Shown here: positions 51,765-63,801 of the stretch, piece by piece
Position numbering within the stretch: the stretch's first letter is position 1
How the letters are laid out: every line of letters starts with the position of its first letter
NCBI RefSeq assembly: GCF_030028105.1
Contig: NC_092379.1
Location: 45,804,150-45,868,149, forward strand
Source: Mobula birostris
Lineage: Eukaryota
Length of the DNA stretch: 64,000 nt
Direction: 5' to 3'
The notes under the pieces: generated by a model
Told to the model about the DNA's origin: nothing
The model's input: the letters and a program-made list of their open reading frames with translations, nothing else
The model's database searches: none
Program-made: the position numbers and the translations under genes

Positions 51765-52770
51765 CAGAATATAAATCAGTTTTATTATCACTGACATATA
51801 GTACGTCGTTGAATGTGTTTCTTCACAACAAAGTTACAGCACAAGATATAACATTAACATAAGTTGCAATAAATAAGCACATAGAATTGGAATCGCAAGG
51901 TCGTATTTATAGGTTCAAGGACCGTTCAGAAATATGATAGCTGAGGGTGGATGTTCAGGCTCTTATACTTTCTCCTCGGTGGCAATAATAAGAGGGGACA
52001 TCTCGGCTGGTGAGAGTGCTTAATGCTGGATGCCTCGTTCTTGAGATACAGTCTTTTGTAATGTTCATGATGGTGATATGGTTACGTCTGTGAAGCAGAT
52101 GACTAAGTCTTCCTTCAACCCTTTGCAACCTCTTTTGATACTACACTTTGGAACCTCTGCACAAGGCGGTGAAACAACCAGTCTGAATACTCTCCACCGT
52201 ACACCCGAGCAATTTTGCTAGTGCATTTAGTGATATCTCAAATCTTATCAAACTCCTAATTCATGATTCCATCAATGTGTTGGCCAATGTTTCCCGTAAG
52301 GTATGCGTGTGTGCGCGCACATGTATCTTTTGCTATGAGTGTACAAAGGAATTTAAACTGCGCACAAAAGGTTGTTCCTATTTACCTCGTTGGCATTTTA
52401 AGTATATTTCACGAACGTTTCCTTTTCCGGTTTCTGAATCAATGGTGTCGATAGGGTTGTGTCCGTGATGATTTGTCTACAGATTTTGGAACAGATTTTA
52501 GAACTGGGTTATTTATATTGTTTTTACTGAAGAAATCATTCAGTGCGCACATGTGGTCACTGGGCAAACAATTGCACAGCACAAGAATTTTGAGAATAGT
52601 GGTCATGACAAATGAGAGGAAACATTGGTATTCGGCCAAAGATAGTTCCTCTGAGATGACGACACCCAAGAACTTGAATCTGCTTAACTGTTTCTCCACT
52701 GACCCATCAATTACCGTAGGACCAGGGACTCATTTCAAAGACTTGAAGATACAGCAGAGAGGTTGATGAG
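51765..52770 (-). mobile_element. Rex1/Babar-like LINE 3' fragments
   Basis: ggaatcagaat tail and FKFLGVVISEELS motif; similar to 22143-23000. Confidence 0.6.
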
Positions 52771-54569
52771 CTTGGGACAAAATTTATAGTCGTTTTGCCA
52801 GATAGAAATCAGAAAGGCTGAACAAATGCGAAGACCTCCTTCCACATATGTAATACATTGAATTGCAATCCATTATTGAACTTCAGGTCCGTCCACTAAA
52901 ATCACAGCGACAATACAATGTTGTTTGGAAAGTCAAAAGCCATCATAGCAGCCACCACTTTTCAGACTCTTGGATAAATCTATCAAACACGGAGAGTTGC
53001 CACTCGTGCTCCAACAATTGGATCTGTACAACTAACCTGCCGATTGTAATAGAACTGAATTCCCTCCTTTGCAATTTTTGACCTGACTCGTTCTGGAATG
53101 TAACCTCTGACGAAATAGGACACAAAATATATTTTAAAATATCATCTGCTGTCTTGGTGTTTCAGATTATTAATTCAAAATCATTTAGAGAAACAAAGTT
53201 TTAATGTTTTGATCAGCGTGTGCTTGAAGCGCACACAAAATATTGAGAATCTGTATATATTAATCGTACTGCTGATCGGTTATCAAATCATATCTGACGA
53301 GTTTCTGAGGCCACTGTACAAAACACGTGTATTGGAAAGTCATAGGTTAAAGACTCAATTGAATCAGATGTTCACTTTCGTCCAACAATACCAATGAATA
53401 TGCTTGTGGCTTTGATTTTTCCGCGCAGTGCAGGTGGCAGCTCCGCTCACTGAAACAGCTGTACAAAACTACTGCCACCTGCACCCACCTATTATATCTG
53501 TCAATAATTGTATTCAGTGTCTCATCCCACAGTTTTACTTCTTGAAATTAAGCGAACGCCTCCTTCTAAAAGCAGCACGGGACAAACCTGACCCCAGATG
53601 CTGCGGTTTTCAATCAACAACAGATGGGCAATAACGGATGGCGACTTAAGATAAGGGAGCAACGGTCACTTACTGGTCGTTCAGCACGTTACATTCTTTT
53701 GTTGGGCTATTTTTTTCACAACAGAATGGGGCAGCGAAGAGAGGAATTGTTTTTCAGAGCTCCATCAGCTATTTTTAAGCACCAAGCACCTTACACCCAG
53801 ACAATGATAACATGGTACCGGGAATCAAGAATCACCCTAAGCTGTCAGTATGAATGCACATGCATAAAGTCACGGCAATACTATCATATGTTCTCTTGCT
53901 AGACTGACAAAATTATGAATATCGATATCAATTTGCTTTCAATTTTTTTTCTGCGCCTTGGTTATTGCTCTGACATGGGTAGCACATTAATTTCAACAGA
54001 TAGTTAAGTATTTTCGGCCGCCTCAAATGGTGTCACTGAACAGGAATGGCTCTATCATAGAAACATGGTCATTGAACTTCGTTCTCTTGGCTATGCAATT
54101 TATTCATTCGATTACTATTAACAGGAAATAACATTTCATAGTGAAATAAAGACTGAGGATGCGAGTGACGAGTCCAAACCACATCAGTCTCTATGTAAAA
54201 TACATGGCCCGCACCTCTCTTTTCAAATTTCCCTCTCACCATCAATGAATGCCCTCTAGTATTACACATTTCAATCCTGTTGAAATATTTCGGCTTCCTG
54301 CAATTTATATGCTTCCCATAATTTTCTAACGTGCTCTCAGGTCTCGCCTTCGTAGGCCACTCAAGCATAAACAACCCTAGTTTCCCTAAGCTCTCCTTAT
54401 ACTACATAACCTCTAATCCAGACAGAATCCTTATAAACCGCTTCTGCATATATCAAATTGCAACATTACTTCCTGAGGCTTGAACACATATCTCTGACTG
54501 ATAAAGGCAAACATGGCATTCGCTTTCTTTACCACACTATCAAATTGTGCTGCCACTCTGAGAGAGCTG

Positions 54570-57470
54570 TGGACATGAAACCCCAAGATCGCTCTGTACC
54601 TGAAAGGCGCACAGACACATCATATGACCTCTTGGGGTCTCCCACTGTCTCGGAAGACGCGCCCCATTCCCTCGTTTGTCGAGCTGATCAGAGAATTAAG
54701 AGAGGAAGAGAACGCGACGGAGGCGCGTCAGATCTCCGTCAGCAGAGAACAGTCCACGGTAGTAGCCTCGGTTGCTAGTGATACCTGATAGCCCCCTCTT
54801 GGGGGTGAGAGGGGAACTCGTACCAGAGTTTAAAACTGAGATGTCCATGTTGTTGTCTGCGGGTGCGACCACTCTGCATGACAAAGCTGACTGGGAATCG
54901 AACCCCCTGAGGGGACAGACCAAGCAGTGGGCTGCTAGTGAATGGGGTCCCGCGGAAGGGGAGCGACCGGTATTGTCTGCGATAACTGTGGGGAAGACAA
55001 ACACTTCAGGCGGGAGTGTGAAGGCCGGGAAATCTTCGGAGAGTCAGCCCCAGCTACCTAAGCGGAGAAAGACGAAAGGAAACTTAGAACCCAGTGAGGG
55101 AACGTCCTGACTTCTCGGGGGGAATGCGTTCCAATCAATGTATCAACGAACACCCTGAAGCAAAAAAATCCTATTCCTGAAGGCTTAGTGGGACCAAGCT
55201 CCAGTGTATCATTACGGATCGAGGGTATTTATGCCAGAGCCACATTTGACACAGGCTCTCAGGTTACTCTGCTGTACCTTTTGTTTTACAACCGGTATTT
55301 GACGCACTTACCATTGACACAATTCAGTGCGCTAGAGGTCTGGAGTCTTAGTAAGGATGACTACCCGTATTATGGTCACTTGTCCTTGAATCTGGAGTTT
55401 TCGGAGACAGACGTGGGAGCAGCTGAGGTCCTTAATACATTTGTGTTAGTTTGTCCGGACCCGGTCGAAAAGGGCGAAGCTTCAATTCTTTTGGGGACGA
55501 ATACCCCTACTGTGAAAAGGCTAATGGAAGCCTGCGAGGAGAAAGTTGGAGAGAGTTTTCAGAGAACATTGTCTATTTACCTCATGTTCCGATCTGCTTC
55601 TGAGGAAGTTTGTGGCCGCACTGGGCTGGATGATGAGCATAAACGGGGGACTGTGCGGTAAACCCAATCCAAACCAGTCGTGTTACGGCCTGAGGAAGTA
55701 GCCAAAGTGACGCGAAACCCCAAATTTCCCGGAATGCCTGATGTCAAGGACCACTTGGTGGATGCTCCGGAAGACCACGAAGAGAAGTCATCCTTACTTG
55801 CTGGGGTATTGATGGGACTCGACCTGCAGAAACCCTCGGTTGCACAAGTGAACGGGATTACAGTGATTGTCCGGACCACTTCGGAGAGGGAGGGCACCCT
55901 TAGCCGGCGTATGCCAGTGGCACACCTCTTTCCGGTGACGGTAAAATGTAGTGTCTCTGTGAGACAAGTCGGGAAGAAACTCTCTCCAAAAAAGGGAAAT
56001 TTGACTGCCGAGTCATTCAACTTTGGGGACACCCCGGTATCTGGAATTTGGAAGGGAAGTTTGATAGAGAAGATGTTGAAGCTGGAAGATATCTTTACCA
56101 CTGACGAGTTTGATGTGGGTTGTTCCAAGAGCACTCGTCACACCATTCGGGAGACAGAGAACGCCCCGTTCAGAGACAGGTCGCGGCGACTGGCGCTTGC
56201 AGAGGTGTGGACGTTCGGCAGCATCTGCGGAAGCTGTAGGAAGCTGGGATCATCACTGAGTCCAGAAGCCCTTATGCGTCTCTAATAATGGTGGCCAGGA
56301 AGAAGAATGGGAAGGTACAGACGTGTGTGGACTATCGGGCTCTGAACAGGCGTACAGTCGCCGACCAGTATACTGTTCCGAGAATGGTGGATGCGTTGGC
56401 CTGCCTGAGTGGTGCGAAGTGGTTCAGTGGGATGGACGTCAGGAGTGGATATTACCAGATACCCATGAGTGAGGCTGACAAAGAGAAGACGGCTACTGGG
56501 ATTCCTCCACTTTGAAAGGATAACCCAGGGCATATCAGGAGCCCCTGGCGACTTTCCAGCGTCTCATGGAGAAAGCCGTGGGCGATATGAACTTCCTTAA
56601 GGTGTTGCTGTACCTCGATGATCTCACAGTATTCCCGTACACCTTGAAGGGATATGAGGCTAGGCTACTGAAAGGTGCAGGGCTGCCTGAAAGATTCAGG
56701 GTAAAAGTTTCTCTGGACAAGTACGGGACGTCTGTCAACTATGTGGGGCACATAGTCTCAGGAAATGGAGTAGCTAATGATCCGTCTGAGATAGAGGCGG
56801 TGACCACATGGCTAAGGCCCCAGTCTGTGAGCGGCCTGCCCTCGTTCCTTGGATTTTGTGAGAAATATCGGAGGTTCGTGCAGGAAAACTCTAAAGTGAG
56901 TTACCACTTAAATCAGCTTTCGTGCTGTAACACTCTCTTGGGGAAGAAAGGGAGTAGGACGAAAAGAGAAGCTGGTAAAGATTATTTTAGCCACGCGGAG
57001 CTTTTTGGAGCGAGATGTGATCCGTAATGTGAAGCGGGCTTTCCGCTACGAAAGGAACAGCTGAGGATAAAAGCTGTGCTGGCTTTTGCAAACCCCCGAT
57101 TGCCGCATGTACTGCATACGGATGAGAGCAGACAGGGCTTCGGGGAATTATGTATCGTGACCAGGGTACAGCGTTGACACCTGTCGCTTTTATCAGCTGG
57201 AGTCACTCACCCTCTGAGCGAAACTACCCCGCACACAATTTGGAGTTCCTGGCTTTGAAATGGGCTGTAGTGGATAAGCTAAGTGACTCTAAGTATGGTG
57301 CCTAGTTCGAGGTGGGGACGGACAACAATCCATTTACTTATATCCTGACCTCGGCGAAATTGGTGCCACAGGCCATCGGAGGTTTCTGCGTTGTCTACTA
57401 ATGAGTTCTGCCTGAAATACCGGCCGGGGAGTCGGTACATTGAATGCAATGCGCAGACACGGCTTGCGCA
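54570..57470 (+). mobile_element. Ty3/Gypsy internal fragment (gag C-terminus, PR, RT, RNase H), degenerate
   Basis: ATFDTGSQVTLL protease, [32 protein letters not shown], and RNase H WAVVDKLSD / TDNNPFTY motifs. Confidence 0.9.
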
Positions 57471-57559
57471 TCAAGCCCTTGGCAGGGACGGAGAGTGGGG
57501 AACGTTCCTGCCCCTGGAGTTAAAGCAATGTGCCAGTTTTCCATCACGGAGAAGGCAGG

Positions 57560-58415
57560 GGAAAGGCTGAGCGTACCTGAAGAACTTTAAGAGCGGCTTC
57601 GAGATGCGCAACGAAATCAGGGCTGCAGCGATTAGCTGGGCAGCGTGCTCATGTCCGAGGACCTTCCAAGTCAACGGTACCTGGGTCCCAGTGCGAAGTA
57701 GAATTAAAACGCCGACCCATATTGGAGGCGAGAGCCGGTTTCACTCGCTCTCCGCTATGTTCAGTCCTCTCTCCAGGGTGCCAGAGCCTTTCGCTGTTCC
57801 GTGGTTGGGTCAATTTAAACCTTGGCTCAGATAGACTGACAAGATAGGGTATCGGTCGGGACGAGAGCCGATTTCGCTCGGTCTCAACGATGGTCATCTC
57901 AATAGCGCTGAGACTATAAAGACTGCTCCGGCTGCTGTGCTCCGTGCCCGCTAATAAGATGAACGGATCAGCGAAGCTTCGGGTCTACTCCGGGGTGCTC
58001 CGGGTATTGGATCTGAGGACTCATTTTTGGTTTGGAATGCTGTTGCTCGCTTCAATTGTTTGCATGCCTTGTACTTTTGTCATTCTCTTGTGCATCGAGT
58101 CTTTCGTTAATAAGAGAAAACCTGCAGATGCTGGAATTCCAAGCAATAGACAAAAAAAAAATAAACAGTGTTAATAAAGGTTTCGTGCCCGAAGCATCGA
58201 CTGTTTACATTTTTTCCATTGATGCAACCTGGCCTGCTGAGTTCGCCAAAATTTTGTCTGCGTTGCTTGGTCTCCTACTTTTTTTTATTGATATTCTTTT
58301 TACTTTAAATTGTGTTCTTTCAGATTTCTTGCTTTGTGGCTACCGGGAAGCAAGTACATCTGAAGGACGTGTAATTTCTACATACTTTGATAACAAATGT
58401 ACTTGAATATGAATA
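57560..58415 (+). mobile_element. Probable LINE 3'UTR with a nested Penelope-derived fragment (~58112-58265)
   Basis: Ends in the catactttgataacaaatgtacttgaa tail; the nested piece carries the PLE tail and a degenerate hammerhead. Confidence 0.5.
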
Positions 58416-58420
58416 TATAT

Positions 58421-61084
58421 TGTAGGGCTCCGGGGGGTGGGGGGGGCGGTGCGCGGAGTGGGTCTAGTCGACAACCCGCCCCAGCATTCCTAGTGGCCAG
58501 CGCTATTTATTGTTCTTGTTTCGTGGTATTATGGTGGGAGGTTCAAGTTCATTTATTGTTACATTTTAACTTGGGATATATGGTTATCCTTATGTCTGTT
58601 TGTGGGTCACATTGACTGTAACTAGGGTACATAATGATGACCTCCACCATCAGTATGTGGCTGAGTGGTTCTCTCCTCGGGTCATACAGGCCAGTCTGTT
58701 TTTGTGCTTGTTGCAATAAAGACGGCTGATGAGTTAAAGGAGCTGTTCTCGTCTGTCACTGAATGCTCGCCACATTGGGATCAGGAGTGGGATTAGAAAT
58801 TCACGGCGAGATTGAAGAGCTACGACATCGGATAGAATGCCTTAAAACCCGGGGAATAGGCCAAGGGGCTGAGCAGTATGTCTACCCCGCTACTCCGGGC
58901 CGGGCTTCCGAAGATGGGACGCCGACCCGGAGGACCTAGGAACTGAGTATTATGCCTTCCCCAGGAACCCGGTGGGGCGAGCCTACCCAGGCTCCCGAAC
59001 CCGGGGGCATAGCGGAGCACATCCTCCACCTCCCTCTTGGACCGCACCGGGGGGGGCCCAAGAGGTCGGGCAATAAGGCAGGTACCACCGACACCGCTGG
59101 AGGAAGAGGAAGACCAACAGGCCTCAGTTTTCACGGTGCATGGTCCTCCCTAAAGCTCCTGAAATAGAATGCTACCAGCCGCCTGGAGCCTTACCTGATG
59201 CGTCAAACTTGCCGCATGGCACAATGTGGAGCCCCACCAGAACGGCGGTGGCCCTTGTCCTGGCACCGGAGGGGGACGCCCCGCGGGCTCTGCTCGACCT
59301 AACGCCGGCTGAGCAGCATGACTATAGGGCTATCAAGCGGCGCAGGAGCTGCGTTTCAGGTAGAGGCCACTGGGTGAAACAATGAGAGAATAACTGGGCA
59401 GCGGGTGGCGCAGTGTAGGAGAAAGCCTGGAGGGCATTCGCAGCAGGTCTCCGCCACTATGCTCGTCATGGCCAACCCCAGTTCCTTTCTGCGGCCCAAG
59501 AAGAGCTTGCCCTCCACGCCTTTGAAACAGCGCTCAAGCCAGAGCGTCTTCGGCAGCATGTCACCCTGACATCACCATCATCGCTGGCAGAGGCAGAAGG
59601 GCGAAGCAACTTCACTCCCCCAAAGCATTCTAGTGTCACCCGGCACGCCGCGAGGCTGGGCTTATGTCACCGAGGTGGAAGAGGAAACTGACGAAGAGGA
59701 GATAGTGACACAATTCCGACCAGCACCGCTCAGGCCCCATGGCGTGCCACGGAGTGGTCTCTGCTATCTGTATGGCGAGGCAACCCATATGGCCTGGGAT
59801 TGCTCCGCAGCAGCGCCACGCCATAGCCCAGCGCAGCCAGCCAGCGTCGCTCGACACCTCCAGCAGAATCCTGCGGTTGACGCCTCTCCGGGTGGGACGT
59901 TTGGGTGAAGAATAAGGCTTTTGCGTGGACTGCGTGGGAGAGGGCATCAGAGGTCTTGCGTTGGTGGACACGGTGTCAATCCTCACCATTACCTATCCGG
60001 CTTTCCTCGCAACACGGCCCATCCACCCTGCCTGGGTCGACAACCACACCGGTCCAGCGGCTACGGTTACTGGCAACTGTGCGGCGCTGAGAGGGAAGAG
60101 GTGGCTGCGCATCGCAGTGGGGAAAACACAGTAGAATACGAGCTGCGTATGGCTGACATCCGGGAGTCCTGCCTCATTGACCTGGGCCTGCTGTCACGCT
60201 GGGGGCGCGGGAGCGCGTGGATGTACTGGGGGCAATGCTCTACTTCGGCGCCGAAGCCGTGGTCCTCTGGCAGGACACCTTCAGAAAGCGGACCCGGCGG
60301 GGTCAGTACAAAGCACCACGGTCTCACCGCGAACCTCCACAGCGAGCAGGTGAGCGATCCTCTGCTGGTCCGAGTAAAGGGATTGTTGAGCGTGGGACAA
60401 TGGCCGGACTGGACAGAGGTCTCCGCCCTAGATCCCGAGATTAAAGCCCTATTCTCTCAGTGGGCACGCCGGGTTGTTGTTCTGGCGGTGGCCACGGTGT
60501 TACGGTCCGTGCACGGGCTGGTGCGACAGGCCGTTTCGGGGTCGCCAAGACGTTGGGCAAGTTGCGCGAACGCTTCTATTGGCCAGTGGACAGGCAGGAC
60601 GTGGAGCTGTTCGTTCACAACAAAGATGCTTGCACGTTCCAGACGGAGCCGGAGTCAGTCTAGGGCGCCAATGCCGGAGTACTAGGTGGAGGCCCCGGTA
60701 TGGGTCTACTACCGCAGCCGGAAGAAGATACTATCCCCCTAGTTTGTAATCCATTAGAAGGGGCCGGGAGAGCTGCTCGACTGCATCTCCGATGTGGTAT
60801 ACCGAGTGCGGTTGCCTGAGTGGCAGAAGCCAGTCGTCCCGAACCGGCTCCGGCTGGCACTAGCTTGGGTCTTACAGTTATTTGCATGTGTGTTTGTGGG
60901 TCACAGTGACTGCAACCAGAGTATGCAATAATCACCTCCCCGTGTGCATGTGACTGAGTGGGTTTCTCTCCGGGTCATAGCGCCCGATCAGCTTTTGTGC
61001 TTGTCCCAATAAAATCGGCTGTTGAATTAAACGAGCTTAACAAGCTTGTTTTCGTCTGTCATCATGGACCAAATGCTCGCCACT
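58421..61084 (+). mobile_element. Internally deleted Gypsy LTR element (gag, PR, integrase zinc-finger remnants)
   Basis: 5' LTR 58421-58774, PBS-like ttgggatcaggagtgggat (58775-58793), degenerate zinc knuckle CYLYGEATHMAWDC, protease ALVDTVS, integrase G.FGVAKTLGKLRERFYWP. 3' LTR homology at 60862-61084; near-TSD atat/atgt. Confidence 0.8.
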
Positions 61085-61139
61085 ATGTATATCATCACTA
61101 ACGTCGGAGGTTCTCGTACGGAACAACATTAGTGACGTA

Positions 61140-61560
61140 CTTGCAAGCAGAACCATCAATCAACTACTACACTCTGTCTTCGGTAGGCAGCACAATCATG
61201 AATCCAAACGGCCAAGCCACCATGGATAGCATGCTTCTTAATCTTCTGTACGAGTATCCCATGAGTGGCCTTCTCGCATATCTCCCTAAAGCCCACGTAG
61301 ACATATTCTAATTCTCTACCTTTATCAATCATCTCCATCACCTTCTTGAAACCTTCAATACTGATACTAAGAGATAACCTACCTCGCACAAAGCTATACT
61401 GATAATTTCTAATTAAGCTATGCTTTGCCAAATGCTCATAAATTCTATTTCTAAGAATCCTCTACATCACTTTTCCTGCCACTGACAATAAGATTCACCA
61501 ATCTACTATTTCCAGATTAACGCCATTTCCATTCCTGAATAAAGGAACAACATCCCCTCC
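61140..61560 (-). mobile_element. CR1 LINE RT fragment
   Basis: HSLIRNYQYSFVRGR...HGILVQKIKKHAIHG.LAVWI. Confidence 0.75.
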
Positions 61561-62178
61561 CCCCAAAAAAAAGCTTCTTCCCTCAGGGTGTGAGAATAAT
61601 GAATACCCAACCAACACCTATGTATCGTCTCTAGGACAGCGGATTGCTTACTGTACTGTTTACTACTTATCTGCGCTCCGCATTACTACATACATTTTTA
61701 ATTATATTTTACGAACTTATTTAGAGTATACTTTGGTGTTCAGTATGTGTGTGATATATGTTGTGTGGATGCACCGTCGTCCGGAGGAACGTTGTTTCGT
61801 TTCGTTGTATATATGTACACTCAAATGACAATAAACTAACTTCAAATTGAACTTGTACAAATATGTTGGTCATGGCGCCAGCCATCACCATTCTTGCCTT
61901 TCTCTAGAATACTTCAATAGGCCCTGCAAACACTTCAAAACGAATGATTTTAAAGGGATTCCTAATCTCAAAATGTCCTGCCAAATTAGCATGCTCGAAC
62001 TCTGGTCTCACTACCCTCTAATTCTCTCCCCTTGGTAAAAACATATGCAAAGTATACTTTAGGACTGAACGCTCATAATCGCTCTCCAAAAGCATGCTTC
62101 CGCTTTCTACTTTATCCGTGAATGGTTCTGTCCTCTGCCGAGTTATCTTTGTATCTTTGTTTCTTGTGGTATGTATCC

Positions 62179-62328
62179 NNNNNNNNNNNNNNNNNNNNNN
62201 NNNNNNNNNNNNNNNNNNNNNNNNNNNNNNNNNNNNNNNNNNNNNNNNNNNNNNNNNNNNNNNNNNNNNNNNNNNNNNNNNNNNNNNNNNNNNNNNNNNN
62301 NNNNNNNNNNNNNNNNNNNNNNNNNNNN
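62179..62328. other. Assembly gap (150 N)
   Basis: Run of n. Confidence 1.
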
Positions 62329-63233
62329 TGAGAGTTTTCTCGCTTATTCATATTTTTTCAGTATCACCGTTCGATTTTATCTCCCTGAACCTTAAGCATG
62401 CTTTCTTTATCTTCTTGACTAAATTTGCCACATCTGCCGCCATCCACTCTTCCCAAGAAGTTATAGATTCCATTACAATTATGTGTTTTATGCGTATCGG
62501 CTAGCCTCGGAAGTTGATCATTTATCATATTCATTGCCCATCTTCTTCTCCCTTTGACATCATTATGGAAAATGGTTTGCAGTTTGCCATGTTGTTCGAA
62601 TTTGACAAATTCCTTCACAATGAACAATCTGATAGGATCTTCGTCCTTAAGTCCATTTCCTTTCTGTCTTCTGATCAGAAATGACTCCGATTACTACACT
62701 AAGTTAGGCAGATCTGAGTTTTTTCATCTCAATGCTTTCTGTCTGGTCGAGTTCCTCCAGTATCTTGTGTGTTGCTTCGTCACTATCCACGCACATTGCC
62801 TGCGAATTCTCGAAACCACAACTGAAAATAAACTTCGGCTCAGATTTTGTTACTACGGCTGGCATCAGATTCATGCTGACAACCAGTGGTGAATAGAGGA
62901 AGCAAGATAGGGAGACAGGGATGTGTTCAGTTTGTCTACATCAATAGGAATAATCTTTAGTTATTCGTGGTGATGAACTGAATTGGTTTCAGAGTATTTT
63001 CTGTGTCATAATGACCATTAGACTTTTAACATGTTTTTGCGAAGCTCTCTCCATATAACACAGCAAAGAGAAATACGTTCAGTACGACGGAAGGAAGCAA
63101 TGAAGATTTTTCTTTAAATTTCTATCCGTACATTCACGTTAATGCGTCAATTATTTTACCGATGTAATTATGGGATATAATGCATATCATTATCCAAGCT
63201 ATAATCGTAGTGAATGCGCCTTCATTCTGCATT

Positions 63234-63267
63234 ATGCAAATGAGGCCAGACTCTCGAGGCTTATAAA
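63234..63267 (+). promoter_or_regulatory. Ig-type promoter: octamer ATGCAAAT (63234-63241) and TATAAA (63262-63267)
   Basis: Perfect octamer and TATA box ~90-125 nt upstream of the leader ATG. Confidence 0.8.
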
Positions 63268-63357
63268 GTCTTTGCTCCTCCACAAGGTTGCACAGACAGC
63301 CTGCGCTGATGTCTGGAACCTTCTCTGTATAGCAGGCTTTCAGGCCGTGAAGGAGCG

Positions 63358-63400
63358 ATGAATATTTTATATGTTTCGATATTTTTAACCTGGTTGCCAA
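63358..63400 (+). CDS. IgNAR: Leader exon of NAR-type V gene (MNILYVSIFLTWLP)
   Basis: ATG at 63358 and phase-1 donor gtaagc at 63401. The spliced leader MNILYVSIFLTWLPNAFS resembles the shark IgNAR leader MNIFLLSVLLAWLPNVFT. Confidence 0.9.
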
Positions 63401-63529
63401 GTAAGCACAGTTCAGTTTTACAGAGAATAATGGTTACTATATTGCTGTTGCTTCCACAAATTTCATTTTATGTTAAATCCTGTGCTGCTTCAGATATGCG
63501 ATGATTAAATATGTTTTTTTTTCCTTCAG

Positions 63530-63801
63530 ATGCCTTCAGTGTATCGGTTGAACAGACACCAAAAGAAGCAATAAAACAACCAGGCGAAACTCTGACCATC
63601 AACTGTGTTTTAAAAGATGGTAACTGTAACCTGAATGTCACATCATGGTTCATCCAAAGACCGAGTCAATCGGGTTGGGATAGGCTGTCTATTGGAGGAC
63701 GATATGCGGAATCAGTCAACAACACAAACAAGTCATTTTCCCTACAGATCAGCAACTTAATTGTTGAAGACACGGCCATGTATTTTTGCAGTGGTCAAGA
63801 C
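63530..63801 (+). CDS. IgNAR: Germline NAR-type immunoglobulin variable (VNAR) exon, type II-like; IgNAR V or NAR-TCR V
   Basis: Acceptor ttccttcag ends at 63529. Reads VSVEQTP...GETLTINC22VLKDGNC29NLNVTSW36...GGRYAESVN..NKSFSLQISNLIVEDTAMYFC83. C22-C83 spacing indicates no CDR2; open frame. Confidence 0.93.

Noticed and set aside
60902-60908. Perfect RSS heptamer CACAGTG
   Set aside because: It lies within an LTR, has no nonamer at 12 or 23 nt, and has no adjacent V/D/J coding sequence.
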